64,000 nucleotides of DNA from Dicyema japonicum (GCA_011109175.1 RDEW01000015.1:514310-578309); one strand, 5' to 3'. Shown: positions 1 to 15,069, counted from the first letter of the stretch. Notes: generated by a model not told the origin, from the sequence alone. Numbers and translations: made by a program.

Positions 1-2400
1 CACGGAAAGGAGTCTCTCGCTACCTCCATGAGGACCAACATTCGTTCTTTTTTAGGAGGTATCCACATCCCCAGTTGTCCCATGGCTTCTAACCGTACGA
101 GGAGACACGTGGTCAGAACGAGAAAGTCGAAGTGCTCTGTTTCAAAAGAACTGTCCGGTCGAAGTTAATCGAAAGTGGTACCCGCGCAGCCATCAGGGCA
201 TTTTCCTCGAGTGGACCACAAAAACCGACTCCAGACGCCTATAATATTTTACTGAACAAGCATCACTGCCACCCCAAAACCTACGCCAAGTCGCTCCCCC
301 ATCCGGAGTGAGTCCCCTGATTGCATTAAACGATAAAGTTCTCATCGCAATGGAATTTTGCCCCTAGTAGCATTCAATTATTTCACTTATGAACCTGATC
401 ATGTCTGGAGTTGTTCCCAAAGTTATCTGCCAATTCGATAGCCTTTGATAAGAAGAGAGGCGGAGTACGACCAGTTGCGGTCGGGTTTGTCTTCAGAAGA
501 CTGCTAAAATTGCCTCCAGACAATCTATTCCACTCGTCACAAAATTCTTGAACTCCCCTCAAGTAGACGTCGGTATTCGCTTGGGATGGGAGGCCGCTGT
601 CCATTCAGTGAGAACATTCATAAACCGAAGTATAGAAGATTCCCGGGGACATGTCCTGGTAGAACTGGACATCAAGAACGCCTTCAGTGGTCTAAGGAGT
701 AACAATATCCTGGAGGCGTGTGTTGAGAGATGCCCTAATCTTTTCGAATTTGTGAATCAGTCATACAGCCTACCTTAATCCTTACTTTTCGGGGACTTTT
801 TAATTCATTCGTATTCTGGAGTGCAACAGATAGATCCCCTTGGACCTCTATTGTTTTGTCTTGTGATAGAGAAAATCACCAAAGTTCTGCGCTCGCCCTT
901 CAACCTATAGTATCTGGATGATGCGGTCCTCGGAGAACCCAGGATAATATTTTCCGGGATTTGGAAGTGATAATTCCAGCACTGTTGGAAGCTGGACTGA
1001 AATTAAATTACACTAAATGCGAAATCTACAATTGCGGACTTTCAGAAGAGAAGTATTCAAAAGCCTTGTCATGTTTCGGAAATTTACTGCCTGGAAGTAT
1101 TTCCACACCCGATGAAGAACTTATATTCCTCGGATCCCCAATCACCATAAATACAATGGGAAGAGCTATACGTGAAAAACGACTGTTACTCGGAGAAACT
1201 CTACCCGCTTGTGTCTACTTGACATGCACACAGCATTATTCCTCCTGAAAATCAGTCTCAACGTACAGAGGATTGCATATGTCCTGAGGACTGCTCCCTA
1301 TTTCACCCTGTATGACCAACTCGCACAGATTAACGAGATCTTCCGTACGACAGCGGAACGTATCTTCAACGTCCGGTTCGAGGACTATTCATGGAAGAAA
1401 GCCACGCTGCCAGTAAGACTCGGAGGACTTGGAATTCGAAACCCTGTGGACCTTTCTCTCCCTTCATACCTATCATCGCTAGTAGCCTGTAACTCCCATG
1501 TCAAAAAAATTATACACTCTCTACCTGAGTTCTCTATTGACAAGGACGCCGGCCATGCTCGTGAGGCCTGGAACCGCACTTATCAGCTTTCCCTGACTTC
1601 CTCGTTCTCTCAGCGGGGCTTGGACGATGCTATATGCTAGAATTCTTTCAAAGATTTGTTGGTGTCATCTAGCCAACATCGCCGTGCCTGTTTGTTGTCG
1701 AGGGCGTCTTCCGAGAGCGGTGCCTGGCTCAACGCCATTCCCAATGGAGTTCTGGGTACCTTCCTGGATGATGAATGCGTCTTCATATTGGGATCTCATT
1801 GCGACTGGGATTAAAACTCTGTGTTTCACATCCGTGCCGATGCGGAGACAAGATCGACTGTTTTGGCCTACAATCTCTCTCCTGCAGGAAGAGTGCAGGC
1901 AGATTTCCAAGACACCTAGCCTTGAACGAAGTCGTTAGGCGAGCCTTGGACGCCGCCGGACACCCCTCCATGCTCGAACCAGTCGGTCTTTGCAGGCGAA
2001 CGGGAAACGACCAGATGAAATGACAATCTTCGCTTTTGAAGCCGGGAAACCTCTTGTCTGGGACGTTACCTGCACCGACACATTTGCTTCTTGCAACCTA
2101 CTCAGAGTGCCTCTGAGCCTGTTTGCCACTGAGAAAGCCGTTAAGATGAAACGGATAAAGTACGCGGTCCTACCCAAGAATTTTTTGTTTGTTACACTCG
2201 CCGTTGAGACGTCTGGTTCCCTTGCGCCTGCGGAATTTTTGAGTCGTCTAGGGAATCGATCGCTACACGAACAGGAGACCCTCGTGAGCGCTGCTGGTTA
2301 TTTGAGCGAATCTCGGTCGCTATCCTGAAAGGGAATAGCCACGCAGTCAGCAGCCGATATTTAACCGTATACTCTCTTTTTTTAATTAACTAAAAATCTA
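1..2400 (+). mobile_element. CRE-like (RLE-type) non-LTR retrotransposon, decayed, cut by window start
   Basis: RT motifs in broken frames (LDIKNAF, GVQQxDPLGPLLF, YLDD), ATLPVRLGGLG, then the RLE domain HPCRCG...GRFPRH..LNEVV...GKRPD...LVWDVTCTDT...AVET and terminal ISVAILKGNS followed by a T/A tail. Many stops and frameshifts. Confidence 0.85.
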
Positions 2401-2764
2401 TTAAAAAGGAAATTCGTGAATTCTCAATTGTTCAGAAATCCAACAATTATAACCAAGTACCATCAAACAATAAAATTTATTGATTGGAATATAACTGTCA
2501 ACCTTCAATGTCAGCAACACTAACATAAAATTCAAATTCAAGGTTAACGAGGAACTTTAAAAATCACATTTTGGAGGCTTAATAAAAGCATGAGTAATTC
2601 AATTGAGCTTTAAAAGTGTTATAAATTAGTAAGTAGCTCTCGTGATTGCACTTCCCCCTTACGATTTGTATGGAAATGTGAAATGAAAATATTCCAAAGA
2701 CCACGGATAAAACCTAACTGACTAATCCCGTAATCCTACGCGTTTCATAGCACATTCAGGCACA

Positions 2765-2930
2765 ATAATCAAGAGGACATTGTTCGAGAAGATGAGGTCG
2801 TCGCTAGGGAGCGAAATTGTCTCCCAGTGGAATGAAGAGATGGATCTTTTTGAATGCGAGCCAGGTATTGGGCGTCTCCTGAGTAAGGTGGATTCGATGA
2901 CGCCACTAGAAATAAGAGAAATCTTCAATC
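2765..2930 (-). mobile_element. SINE family B core fragment
   Basis: Clear similarity to 54345-54655 and 60030-60330 (…ttttgaatgc..ccag..attgggcgtctcct..aaggtggat.c.atgacg…). Confidence 0.75.
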
Positions 2931-3949
2931 AATCAACTTTAAAGGGAATTTCTTGTTCAGAAAACAATTAATCGTTGCCTAACTGGAAATGTGAAAAGCT
3001 ATGATTGACTTTCATATTTGTTTAATGAAATAGTAATAAAGGTCATTCAAGATCAAAGTACCAGTTAAAGAGGACAGCTTATCGCTTATCTTTCAGTGAA
3101 ATTTCTTATATATGAATCTAGTAGATTAAATATAGTCCTTTGCTTCTTAAACCGGGTTACACCAATTCGGATCTTCAGACTGTCAGGTTTTCTTGTGAGT
3201 CTCCTGCTTTTGAATAAGATCGACTAATTTCATAGCGACAGACCCAACCACTTTCCCTTACAACCAAATACTTAGCTTGGGTGGCTACGGGACGACACCC
3301 AAAGTCAACCTCAGCCGATAATATTATAATTTCATATTTATTAATTGTCTATAATCTATAAAAACGTGGTAAAAACGTGGGGATTATGAATGATTCGCTT
3401 CATTGAATTTGTTTAATCTATTATGTGATAAGCTTGATTCAGTTTCTTTTATAAATCGAATGTGTTCAAACTTGGAACAATGAAACAATGAAATTGACAG
3501 GGCTTTTGTGATTAACAGCATGTCAATAAATCGTTAAGCTTAAGTACATATTAATAGTAACTTTAATGGGATTTCATAGTCTGAAGGCATTTAATCGTTG
3601 CTAAAATGATTTTCTTTTCCTTGCTGAGATATCAAATGTGCAGTAAAGCTTAATAAAATTGTTCTTGGGAATTTATCTCCAAGGGAGACCATGGATAGGG
3701 ATAATTAATCGGAAAATGGTTGAAATGCTAAGAGACAGTCGCTGATGGAAACCAGATAGAACGTGCTAGGCGACGACCACAATTGTGGATAAAGCTAAAA
3801 TGGCTGTTAGGATTAATAAAATTATGCACGTGGCAAGCTAAGTTGAAAGAATTAAGACTTAAAATCAGCATTAAATTAGAATTGATGACTAAAATTGAAT
3901 GGTTGTCATGGAGAAAACGCATGGAAACGCGATATTCTTTGTAACATAA

Positions 3950-5439
<1,490 letters not shown>

Positions 5440-5899
5440 TTCAATTTAGTTACTAACCCACTAGTTATTTCTTTGGTTTAATTGATGGTTTCGTTGCTTA
5501 GTATTATTTCTGTTACTTGGGGATGGAATGCCCTTTTAGTCGTGTTTCCGGGGCTACGACATTGAAATATTATTTTAGTCTTATTGTCACGTTTATGTTG
5601 AATAATCGATTTATCAGGATTAAGTAGCTTACTCCTTCTGGTTGATGGGCATTAAGTGGTTACTTGAGTAAATTATGCCAGGAAACTTTTATGGTCTATG
5701 TTCAGAGGCAGAAACACAGATATTGGCAACAAATCGTGCTCCAGGAGACAGTGAGTGTTGCCGCCTACGTAAACCTTCTCTAATTGTAAAAGGATCTCTA
5801 TGAGTCGTTCCGTAATTGTGTGACAACTTTTTATCCATAGGTTTCCAAGATGGTTCAAGCAGAAACGATCTCCGTGTGTTTTTTTAATTTCCTCCGCTT

Positions 5900-7950
5900 T
5901 GGAGAGTCGGCATCACTTTGGGAGAGTTTCACAATCGAATAATTGTGGTTTGATTGTCCCTGAATAACCAAATTACTGTCAACTTGGCTTTGACAGATTT
6001 TCCGATCTGACATCTTTGACATTACGGAACTGTAGTAAGTGGCAATTACAGAGTTAGTCAGCTCTGTTAGTACCTAAACTGGGGAAAAACAACATCAAGA
6101 GACTCTTTCGAAAGGAGGAGAGTTTCTGTCTGAGAATAGTGATTTTTGATTGTTGCATTCTGACCACAAGTACTGCTAACAGATCTTCACTGACAACCTT
6201 GGAAGTCATCAGCCAAGCGACTGGGCAAAGGGACATTGAGCTGAATTAGTCGGCAATACTGGTAGTTGACTTATCGAGACGTGAAGTTAAAGACAGATCC
6301 TCTTCTCGGAGATTTTCTAAGAATACGAGGATATGGATGTAATTCGTTTAAGGAATATATTAGTTATGAGTAAAGTATTCAGTCTTGTTCTGGGAGTGAT
6401 GACACGTAAAATAGAGGATTTTTGTATAAATTGACGAGGTATGTTGGTTTGGGGGTGGAATAGTTGTTATATGTTCCCGGTCCTGGAGTATTCTGGACGA
6501 TTCTGTAGTTATATATCACATACTTTTCTGCATTTGCCGAATCTAGCCGTCTTTGACAAAAATGGAGACGATATTACGTGTGATCTTTTCATCTTGGGGA
6601 GTTTGTAGTGTCCTGGGTCGGGGAATCCTTCTATTTGGTTGATTCATAAATTATCTCACCAAATCCATGATGCTTGGGTCGATCCTTGGTATTTTTGACA
6701 AGAACGAGGCACTACTGCTTAATAGGGGAGTAAAATCACCTTTTTTCTTTCTTCTCACATTTTATGGAGAAGTAATCCCCGGGATTGTACAGATTTGGTG
6801 CCACTGAAGTTTTCTAAGTTCAACGAAATCCGTTACTTTGTACTCCAAATCCATTTTCCTAGGAGCTTTTGGCAATATGAATGTTTTTGTGGAATAAAAC
6901 CAACTAAAATGTCGATTTGTGTATCACAACAACTTGGGGTTATATGTGGCTGGAGGAGGGGCACAGGATTCACTCAAATTGGAGAGACTTCTCGGAGTCG
7001 ACTTGTATCCGTACGTGTTGGGCCTCCTCGCTAGAATATCTATAAATGTCTCCAATTCGTAGGTCCCTGGTGGGACTTTTTCCTAGGATTAGTCTAACTA
7101 AAACGAGATGTTGTTTAGTGAATCCGTATGGGTTTCTCTCCATTGATTACGGAATCCAGAGTACTTTTTATATTACAACATGACGTTGGGTACATTCAGG
7201 GTATTAAACCAAATGACGTTGTATAACTGATTTTTTTGTTTCACATTGTACTCATTCAAATAATATGGATTTTTGTGGCTTATTCTGCTTTAATCGAAAC
7301 AAACCATCAAAAATCACTTTTCTAACGTATTTTTGTCGTTCAGTCACTTTGGTTGTTAAAGCAGTTAACGAACGGTTAATTGGGGGAAGGTTGTGTCTCG
7401 TTAGCTTTGTGGTGGATGAAAGTTTTTGTTTTCCTTCTTGCGGACGTGGACGAGGTGATGGACTTAGGAGATATGGGAAACCCTTAGTTCTGAACAAATG
7501 AGTTGTTGAAAGGTGGTTCGAATCTCTTCCGCACCAAAATTGAGGTAACTTGGGGGATCATCTGTTAGAAGTTGCACATATATGGTGATGGCTAACATGA
7601 TTCAATCTATGTTGCCACTATCAGCACTTCCATGTTTCCAATGAATACTTAGGGATTTGCGTGTGACGTACTCCCTACTATCCCTTTCTGTTAGTTTCTT
7701 CTATGGAGAATAGACAGACTGAGTGTTCTATCAAGACAAAGACATCACTGAAGAGGTTTCACTCTACCAATAATCACTTAAAGTCTAATATTTTTGCCGA
7801 GGAACGTAGCCTTACTGCATGGTCATTCCCTCTCTTGACCGAGAGGGAAATTCACTGGAATTGATAGCAAGCTTCACAGAGGTCACCAGAGCAAACTGTA
7901 ATTGTAGGTTACATAAGATGTGATGACAACTCCAAAAAGAGGATCACATG
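5900..7950 (-). mobile_element. Highly decayed LINE remnant
   Basis: Only faint RT-like traces on the minus strand (a GFR-like stretch near 7150-7200, LADD near 6215); no long ORF. Confidence 0.3.
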
Positions 7951-9054
7951 CTCTCACGCTAATTCAACTAAAAAAGAGAGGGACAGAGCATAGAAGGACC
8001 TTTAATCACGTAGTTTGCGGGGGTTCAAACTCAGTCATGATTATTTTCAGCGTTATTGAAATCCCCAAACTGGTTTCTAATAAACCCAGCTAATAAGGCT
8101 ACTTCAAAAAAAGCAGACCGTTGTCCCCCACGTGCAACTTTACCATCAGTGATTGACAATAATCTGAGGCCAGTTGAAAAACAGACAATCTCTGAACGTA
8201 TCATGCAACACAAGAAGTTAGAAGAGGCTAGTAGAAGGAATCGTCCCTGGTGTCCCACGTGTGGAAACATATGTTAATATGATTATACGGTAGTTATAAT
8301 AATTCATCCAACCGCAAACCTGTTTAGAGGGTGTTTTGTTGGTTTTAACCTCATTTTTATTACTTCACAAACTCAAATCCGATAAATGCATGAATATTAT
8401 TATTCCTTGGCCGCGAGCTCGAACATACAAGGGCTGATGATGAAGCATTTTAGAGAACTCTAACTACGGATCCCTTCGAGTAAAGAACTAAGGGATAAAG
8501 ATAAACAAAGTTTCGGGTTTGGGGGTTTTGAAGCTTTAAATCGATAAAAAGTACTAAAGTCCGACATCAGTCTTGTGACACTCCACTATTTGGGAAAATT
8601 TGGATATTTGATGCACCAGATAGGGGGTCGATTATAGAGAACTTACCCCCACATTGTTTCTTGTAGCTTTAATTACTTTTGGCTATACAAGAGTCCCGGA
8701 ATAGTTAATAAATCCTATGATTACTACACGCAGATATCTTTGCGTCAAATGGACATTCGGAAAACTCGTTTCTCAGGTTTTTTAGAAAAAAATCTTCAGC
8801 CACGTTTATGTAAACTATCAAAAGCACGTGTTAATTTTTACTCTAGTCGGAATTTTAAAATTCTTCAAATGAGAGATTATCATTATCCGGGGTCTTTAGT
8901 AGGGTCACAGGTTCTAGTGATCACCTTGAGGCCGCAAAGAGTCCACAGAAGAAACATAAAATTGTAGTTATTGCTGTCACACTACTTTCTTGTTTGGGTT
9001 AAGTTCCTTATAGGCAGTTAATTGAGATTTTGTATTTTGAGAGGTTTTAGGAGA

Positions 9055-9175
9055 ACTTCATTATTATTGCCCCTGGACCACATTGTTAAAAGAGAAAGAA
9101 TTCCTATATAATTAGGTGATCTACGAGGGATAGGTCGAACTGGCGAAGACGGGCATCTTAGTCCTATCATCATGG
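9055..9175 (-). repeat. LINE/SINE 3' tail fragment
   Basis: ggtcgaactggcgaagacgggcatctt matches the reverse-strand 3' ends at 41300-41350 and 35185-35230. Confidence 0.5.
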
Positions 9176-9283
9176 GTGATTTTTTGTTTGAAATTTATTG
9201 ATTTTTTTAATTTTAAAATAATTGTTGAATTAAATATTTATTATTAATTAAAAATAATTTTAAATAAAAATAAAATTACATTA

Positions 9284-9687
9284 ATGAATGATGATAATTC
9301 TAATTCTTCTATTGCTGATAAGGATCAGTTTATCGGATTGACCGCCCAAGATAAGCGACTAAATTTCAAAGTGAGAAATTTAATTTCCTCCTTTGATACC
9401 CAGTTGGAACTTCGAAGTAACGAGGATACTTCAGTCAAAAAATGTCCCGGATGCAATCATGCCGAAGTCAATTGCCGAGGTAACATTTCTATTATTTAGC
9501 AGAATTCGACAAACTTGAATTTCGTGAAAAACTGAGACTTCTTATCCACGTTAAAAAATACAAAAATTTGACTGTGTGTTCGCGTCCTAACTGCAAATTG
9601 ATCAGTGACTCCGGGAAGAAGTACTATTCCATTCTCTCGGACGAGAACATAGAATATTTGTCAAATATGGGATTTTATGACTCTTAA
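9284..9687 (+). CDS. Small Cys-containing hypothetical protein (about 127-128 aa, two exons)
   Basis: ATG at 9284 after an AT-rich promoter-like tract. Removing intron 9480-9499 (or 9480-9502, NAGNAG) joins an open second exon ending in TAA at 9685-9687. Motifs CPGCNH..VNC and CSRPNC. Confidence 0.55.
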
Positions 9688-9844
9688 ACTTTTACTTTAA
9701 TTGGAACATTTTTTAATATTAGGTCGATAAGACAATCCTGAGATTCCATCCTTTTTATTATTTAGTCTCACTATTGAAGGAGACCGGTGGCTAACAGGAA
9801 GGTAACTGGCAAAAGCAGACGCTTCCAGAGATCTGTGTTAAACA

Positions 9845-10110
9845 AAAAGGCTCTCTGGTGCGATGGGGTATTTATGAGCCATGAAGAAGTTGGCGCAATC
9901 TACAAATGGCGGGCCCATGGCCTCTGCTGTGCATTCCGGCTTAAGGTTCCACGCATCTATGATGCTTTGGGTATGACGAGTGACACCATAATCAGTGAAT
10001 GGGGAACCGGATCGTCTGAATAGGACTCACATGAAACAAAAAAAAGTTGAAAACATTTCTTGGACTCATCCATTTCTCTGAGGAAGCAGAAAGCTCACAG
10101 CGACGAATTT
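9845..10110 (+). mobile_element. SINE family A copy (decayed tRNA-like head)
   Basis: Core aaggttccacgcatctatgatgc…atgacgagtgacacc…atcagtgaa shared with 22906-22990, 42115-42185 and 42640-42720. Confidence 0.75.
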
Positions 10111-10429
10111 ACGCCCAAAGACTCAAAAAGATGATTAAAACAAATTCAAGATGAGTAAAGTAAACTCTGCTACAATTTTCGGGGATTCAAAGCTAAAGAG
10201 ACTCAATGTTTACCCCCAGTTTAGACATGAACAGTTAACTATTAGAAAATAGTAGTCTACGTGATACTTTGGTGTATTTACTCTAATCTGATCATGGTTA
10301 AGACACAACCACTTTTGCAAGTTTTTCCAAATTTGTGACTCGAGGATTGTGTATCCGACGCTTCTTTGTTTCAAAATCTCGTATGTCCAATGTCTCCTGA
10401 GTCCATCATTTCGCCCATTCACAAGAAGT

Positions 10430-12193
10430 AAAGCAAGGGATCACATCAATCTTGAACGAATAAAGACACTTTGCGCAAGGTGCATCATCTCAATCATCCG
10501 ACCAACCACGTGGTTAGCATGTCTATTTACTGGAATGACAGATATTATTTTGCTAGGAAAAAATTAATAGAATTTTCCAGCCTCATATCTGCTGAAATGT
10601 CTAATCAGGGATGGAGCATGCACAGACACCTTTCTCATTCAAAGTCATCGGATTCTCTTACCTTCACCAAATCCTATGATGCGTTATTTATAGGTTTCTC
10701 TGAGTACTCCGCGATTCATAACGTCCATCTCATCATACTCTTTGGGCTCAAACTCCACAAAATCTATGTAGTAGTTTAGCAGCGAAACAGCATACTCATT
10801 TAATGCTAGGAACAAATTCCTTGCATTTAGAGACGTCTTACACAATAACGATGCTCTTTTACGGATGCCTTCAGTAATTTGTCGCTTTGTCTCAGGCATT
10901 ATAAGGGACTTTGGAGTTTCGGTAACACCCAGATACTTATATTTTTCGTGTTCCTCTAGGAATCTTACTAACTCTTTACATACTTGCGTGTTATTCGCAG
11001 ACTTTGAATAATTCAAATCTAGCCCTATACTCTCAAAGAATTCCCTGGCACAGACCCCCATGGAGTAGAGCTCCTCGGCTGTTCGATCATACATCTTCAG
11101 GTCATCGATAAAAATAAGGTGATTTGTACTGAAACAAACCCCCTCACAATGAACTGGTATTTGCTCAAACCGGTCATTGAGGCGGCGACTCAATGGCTCC
11201 AAACAGAGAACAAAGAGCAGCGGAGACATGCTAGGTCCCCCTCTTGAGTTTTACCTCGCCTATCCGGTGCCTATTATAGTTCAGATGAATACTCTACCTA
11301 TTCATCACAGCCACTACAAAGCTGATGAACCACACAGGCATACACAGATTGTGTAGGCACTCGACAAGGTAAGAATGATCAACTGAATCGTACGCCCTCT
11401 TCACATCCACCCACATAGACAAAAGTGAGTTTCCGTGAAACATAGAAAAGCACTTGTTGATCAAAGCCTGCTCTTTTGCCCCCTGACAATTTCGCACAGT
11501 CCCAACTGATTCTCGGAGAGAATCCCATTTGTTCTACAAAGCTCCTGACCTCATTAGCCACCAATTTGGTCATCATTTATATAGGGTTGGCATGCAGGTT
11601 ATCGGTCGATAATCTGCAGCAGACTGAGGGTTGTCCAGCTTTGGGATCAAATAAGTTGTCCTTGTGCAGGGCCAATCAGGAATCGTTTCCAAATTAGTGA
11701 TGCTTTTCTGTAATACACGACACATAGACTAGTGCAATGAAGTGCATCTTTTGATAAAGAAATTATAAACTTTATCGATCTCGAGCGTTTCCAATCAGGA
11801 GATGTCTCACTTTCGCCTCAAATTTTTTGCGAAATCGAAAATTCCGCAAGATTCCGCCAAGTAAGGAGCGGCGCTGTACGGGACATTCCACGCATTTCCT
11901 CTGAGTGGTTTAGCCTCCCACATACTACCCCATGTGGAAAGCATTTCCGCGTTGCTGGGAACAACAGTATGGCCATTTTCGTGTAGGCGACGGTAAAACA
12001 ATCTGCGATTAAACTCAAACAGATTATTTTCTCTCCTTCTCTTACACCGACTTTCATGTGTATAGAGTTTCCTCTTATACACCATTATTGCCCCCTCTAA
12101 CTCCACCTTTGCCCTCCTCAACTCTTTGAGGTCCCATTTGGGAACACGGAGTTTACTAATTAGCCCCTTTACTATAGGCTTTTTAATTAACAC
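10430..12193 (-). mobile_element. R4/Dong-like RLE LINE, decayed RT region
   Basis: RRLFYRRL, CQGAKEQALIN, WVDVKRAYDSVDH, SPLLFVL, TNHLIFIDDLK, YKYLGV, LNARNLF; same family as 18985-22560. Confidence 0.85.
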
Positions 12194-12364
12194 TAATTTA
12201 ACAAATTTTATTATAACTGGTTTTTAAATTTTAATTTTTTTTATAAATAACTTACTTTATAATAAAAAAATAATTTATTGAATTAATATTTGATTTCTTC
12301 AATATATAAGCGTAACCATAGCTTGAAATTAATTTGCTCACTTCACAATTAAATATCGACAAGA

Positions 12365-14952
12365 ATGCCTTCTGCAGGGGGAATATCACCACCAACAATT
12401 ATTGCATTAAAGTCTTCAGGAGTCGTTCCTGGAAATAGAATCGATACTGATACCTATATAGAGATAACAACAGGTATTTCCGCTCATTTCATTTATAGAA
12501 AGCAGGGGGTGTAAATTATACTTTACCACCGACGGGACCAAGCCAACCCCCTTCAGTTTGATAGCTGGAATGAAGAACACGACCCACAAGTATTCCGCTC
12601 CTTTCACAATGAGAGCAGGAAATAGGATTTTGAAGGCAATTTCTATTAACAAGTAAAACTCCGTGTATAACGTAGATCTGACCACCGTGAAAGTGCTGTA
12701 GTTACTCGAAATTATAAAGTAGTCGAATCAAAGTCATCAGAAATTTCGTCGGACTCGGAATTCCTCGAATCCGATGATTACATGATGGACTACAGAAAGA
12801 AGCCTACAAGACCAGTATATGACGTCATATTAGTAATAGTGCACAAGTCAGAAAAAGGATAACAGAACGACTCACGACGACAGTTACTTCAAAAATTCCC
12901 GCCAAATCCAGGTCCCTGAGAGGGAAAAATGTGGAAAATATATAATTTAGCTAGATTTAGTGGTCAGACCTAGTACCAGCCACGAGATTCCCCATAACTC
13001 TATCAACTACAGCGGAACCCAAATCAACATTTGGGGACAAACCCCTCAAAGTACGATCGAGGACATTTCTCATTGTTTTGGAAACAAAATAAACAAAAAT
13101 CAGCAAATGTTTGGGGCGAACCAATCCGGGAATTTCAACGGCTATCTCACGGAGGAGATGCTAAAAGTTACTCGTCGCCTAAACATTAGAGAGCCGAAAA
13201 TAACCGACTTTTGACTGTCGGAGATCTCAAAAATGCCCTGAGAAGGCAGCCCCCTCAAATTGAGGAGATAAAAGAAAAGGTCCCAATTGAATACAAAGAA
13301 ATGAGTGACCCTCCCATTTCGAACAAAAGTCCAGGGAACGGTATATTCGACAAGTCACGGAATTAGGTGATTGGAGAGGCCAACTAACACACTTATATGC
13401 ACATTTGACTACTCACGCTAAATTATATCCTGAATTCCTTGGAGATCTGAGTTATGCTAAATTTGGGAGGGTATCTTGAGCAATAATTTTCACAGATAAA
13501 CGATGCTGAGTTGGTGAAGACAGACGAAGGCTATCAACTCTCAGTGCTCATCGAAAATGCGGGTTTGAATCTCTTAGAAAATTTAGCCAAACCATTTGTG
13601 CCCCCCAAAAAACCTGAGAAAAGGGTGGTTAAGATCGATCCATCTCCAAAAGTCGAGCCCTCCTCCAAGCCACCAAAGGAAATTGTAGAATCCACCAACA
13701 AAACCAAATCTTCAGGTTACACACGTGCGAATCAATTTCTTAGTGATTCAACCAAAAAAGCCCGTCCCTAAGAATGTCGAGCCGTACTACATGACTGAGA
13801 ACTACGAGGGAGCTTTAATATTTCATTCCTAGCAATCAGGGACAGTCGTGGGGGTGGACGATTTGAATCCTGAACAGGATGCCTCTGTTTTACGGAAGGC
13901 AATGAAGGGGATAGGTATTAGGGGATTTCAACCCATAGGGACCGACGAGAAAGCGTTAATCAACGTGTTGTGCAACAGGACGAATATTCAGAGGCAGAAA
14001 ATAGCGGCAGAGTACAAATCAAGCTACGGAAGGGTATTTCACTCAAAATCACATTGAAGGACCTGAAGGAAGATATTCGGGGGGAAACCAGCGGAAACTT
14101 TCGAAATGTGTTGCTCGGTCTTCTGGAAGAGGGGGTTGAATACGACGCGAGGCAACTTAATAAGGCCATTAAAGTCGGTTTCTGTTTCACTTTGTAGGGC
14201 CTGGGAACTGATGAGGATGTTTTGGTGGAGATTATCTGCACGAGAACCAGCCAGCAGCTTGAAGCCATAAAAATGAGTTACGAGAAAAGTATTTTGTCTG
14301 TGAATCCTCAGTGTACAAACGAACATTGGAAAAAGATATTGTCGACGATACCAGTGGAGATTTCAGAAGGATAATCGTATCCCTTCTACAAAATAAACGA
14401 GAAGTGGGGGACACCTATGATTTGTTTAGTCAATCCCTTAAGACTTAGAAACAAAGTTAAAGAAGATGTGACAACTCTTCAAAAATCAGGAACTGGAATA
14501 TGGGGGACCGATGAGTCAGTTTTCAACAAAATAATAGCGAACCGATCATTCGCATATCTCCGAGCACTTTTCGAGGAGTACCTCAAACAAACAGGACATC
14601 AATTTGAAGACGTGCTTAAACAAGAAATGAGTGGGGACCTTCTCAAAGCATATTTGGCCATAGGTATCGAATATATGTTCATCTTAAAGTTCAGTGCATT
14701 GATGATAAGCCCGGGTTCTTTGCTAAAAAGTTATCAGATGCGATGAAAGGGCTCGGAACTAAGGACGACACATTATTGAGAATTATTATCTCAAGATGTG
14801 AGGTGGACATGGTTCAAATCAAGGAGAAGTACCACATATTGACTAATAAGAGTCTCACTTTAAGTGTAAAGGTTGTATTTAGGGAATCAATCCATTAGGG
14901 GGAAACAAGTGGGGACTACCAAAATTCTCTACTCACCTTAATTGGAAAATGA
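12365..14952 (+). CDS. DZANK1-like N-terminal domains fused to a four-repeat annexin core (729 aa, 17 exons)
   Basis: Introns: 12474-12498, 12653-12675, 12815-12839, 12931-12954, 13167-13189, 13341-13366, 13471-13495, 13716-13743, 13809-13832 (GG-AG as assembled), 13915-13938, 14034-14059, 14174-14197, 14289-14311, 14424-14448, 14664-14689, 14872-14898. Removing them leaves 2190 nt = 730 codons in one frame. N-terminus MPSAGGISPPTII…LYFTTDGTKP…HKYSAPF…ILKAISI and SPGNGDWRGQLTHLYAHL…PEF resemble DZANK1; C-terminus has MKGIGTDE, IKGLGTDE, WGTDE and MKGLGTKD annexin repeats. Confidence 0.8.
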
Positions 14953-15069
14953 TATTATACTCCTAACATATTATTCTTAAACTAACATTAATAATATTAA
15001 ATATTATAACTTTTTACAAAATTGTAAGAATTTACACAAAATTATTGGTATAACTCGTTAGAATATCTG

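Noticed and set aside
2780-2971. Short ORFs over repeats (2780-2971, 15164-15367, 54485-54778, 63233-63685) as a small protein family
   Set aside because: They are chance translations of SINE B copies; the frames are not conserved between copies.
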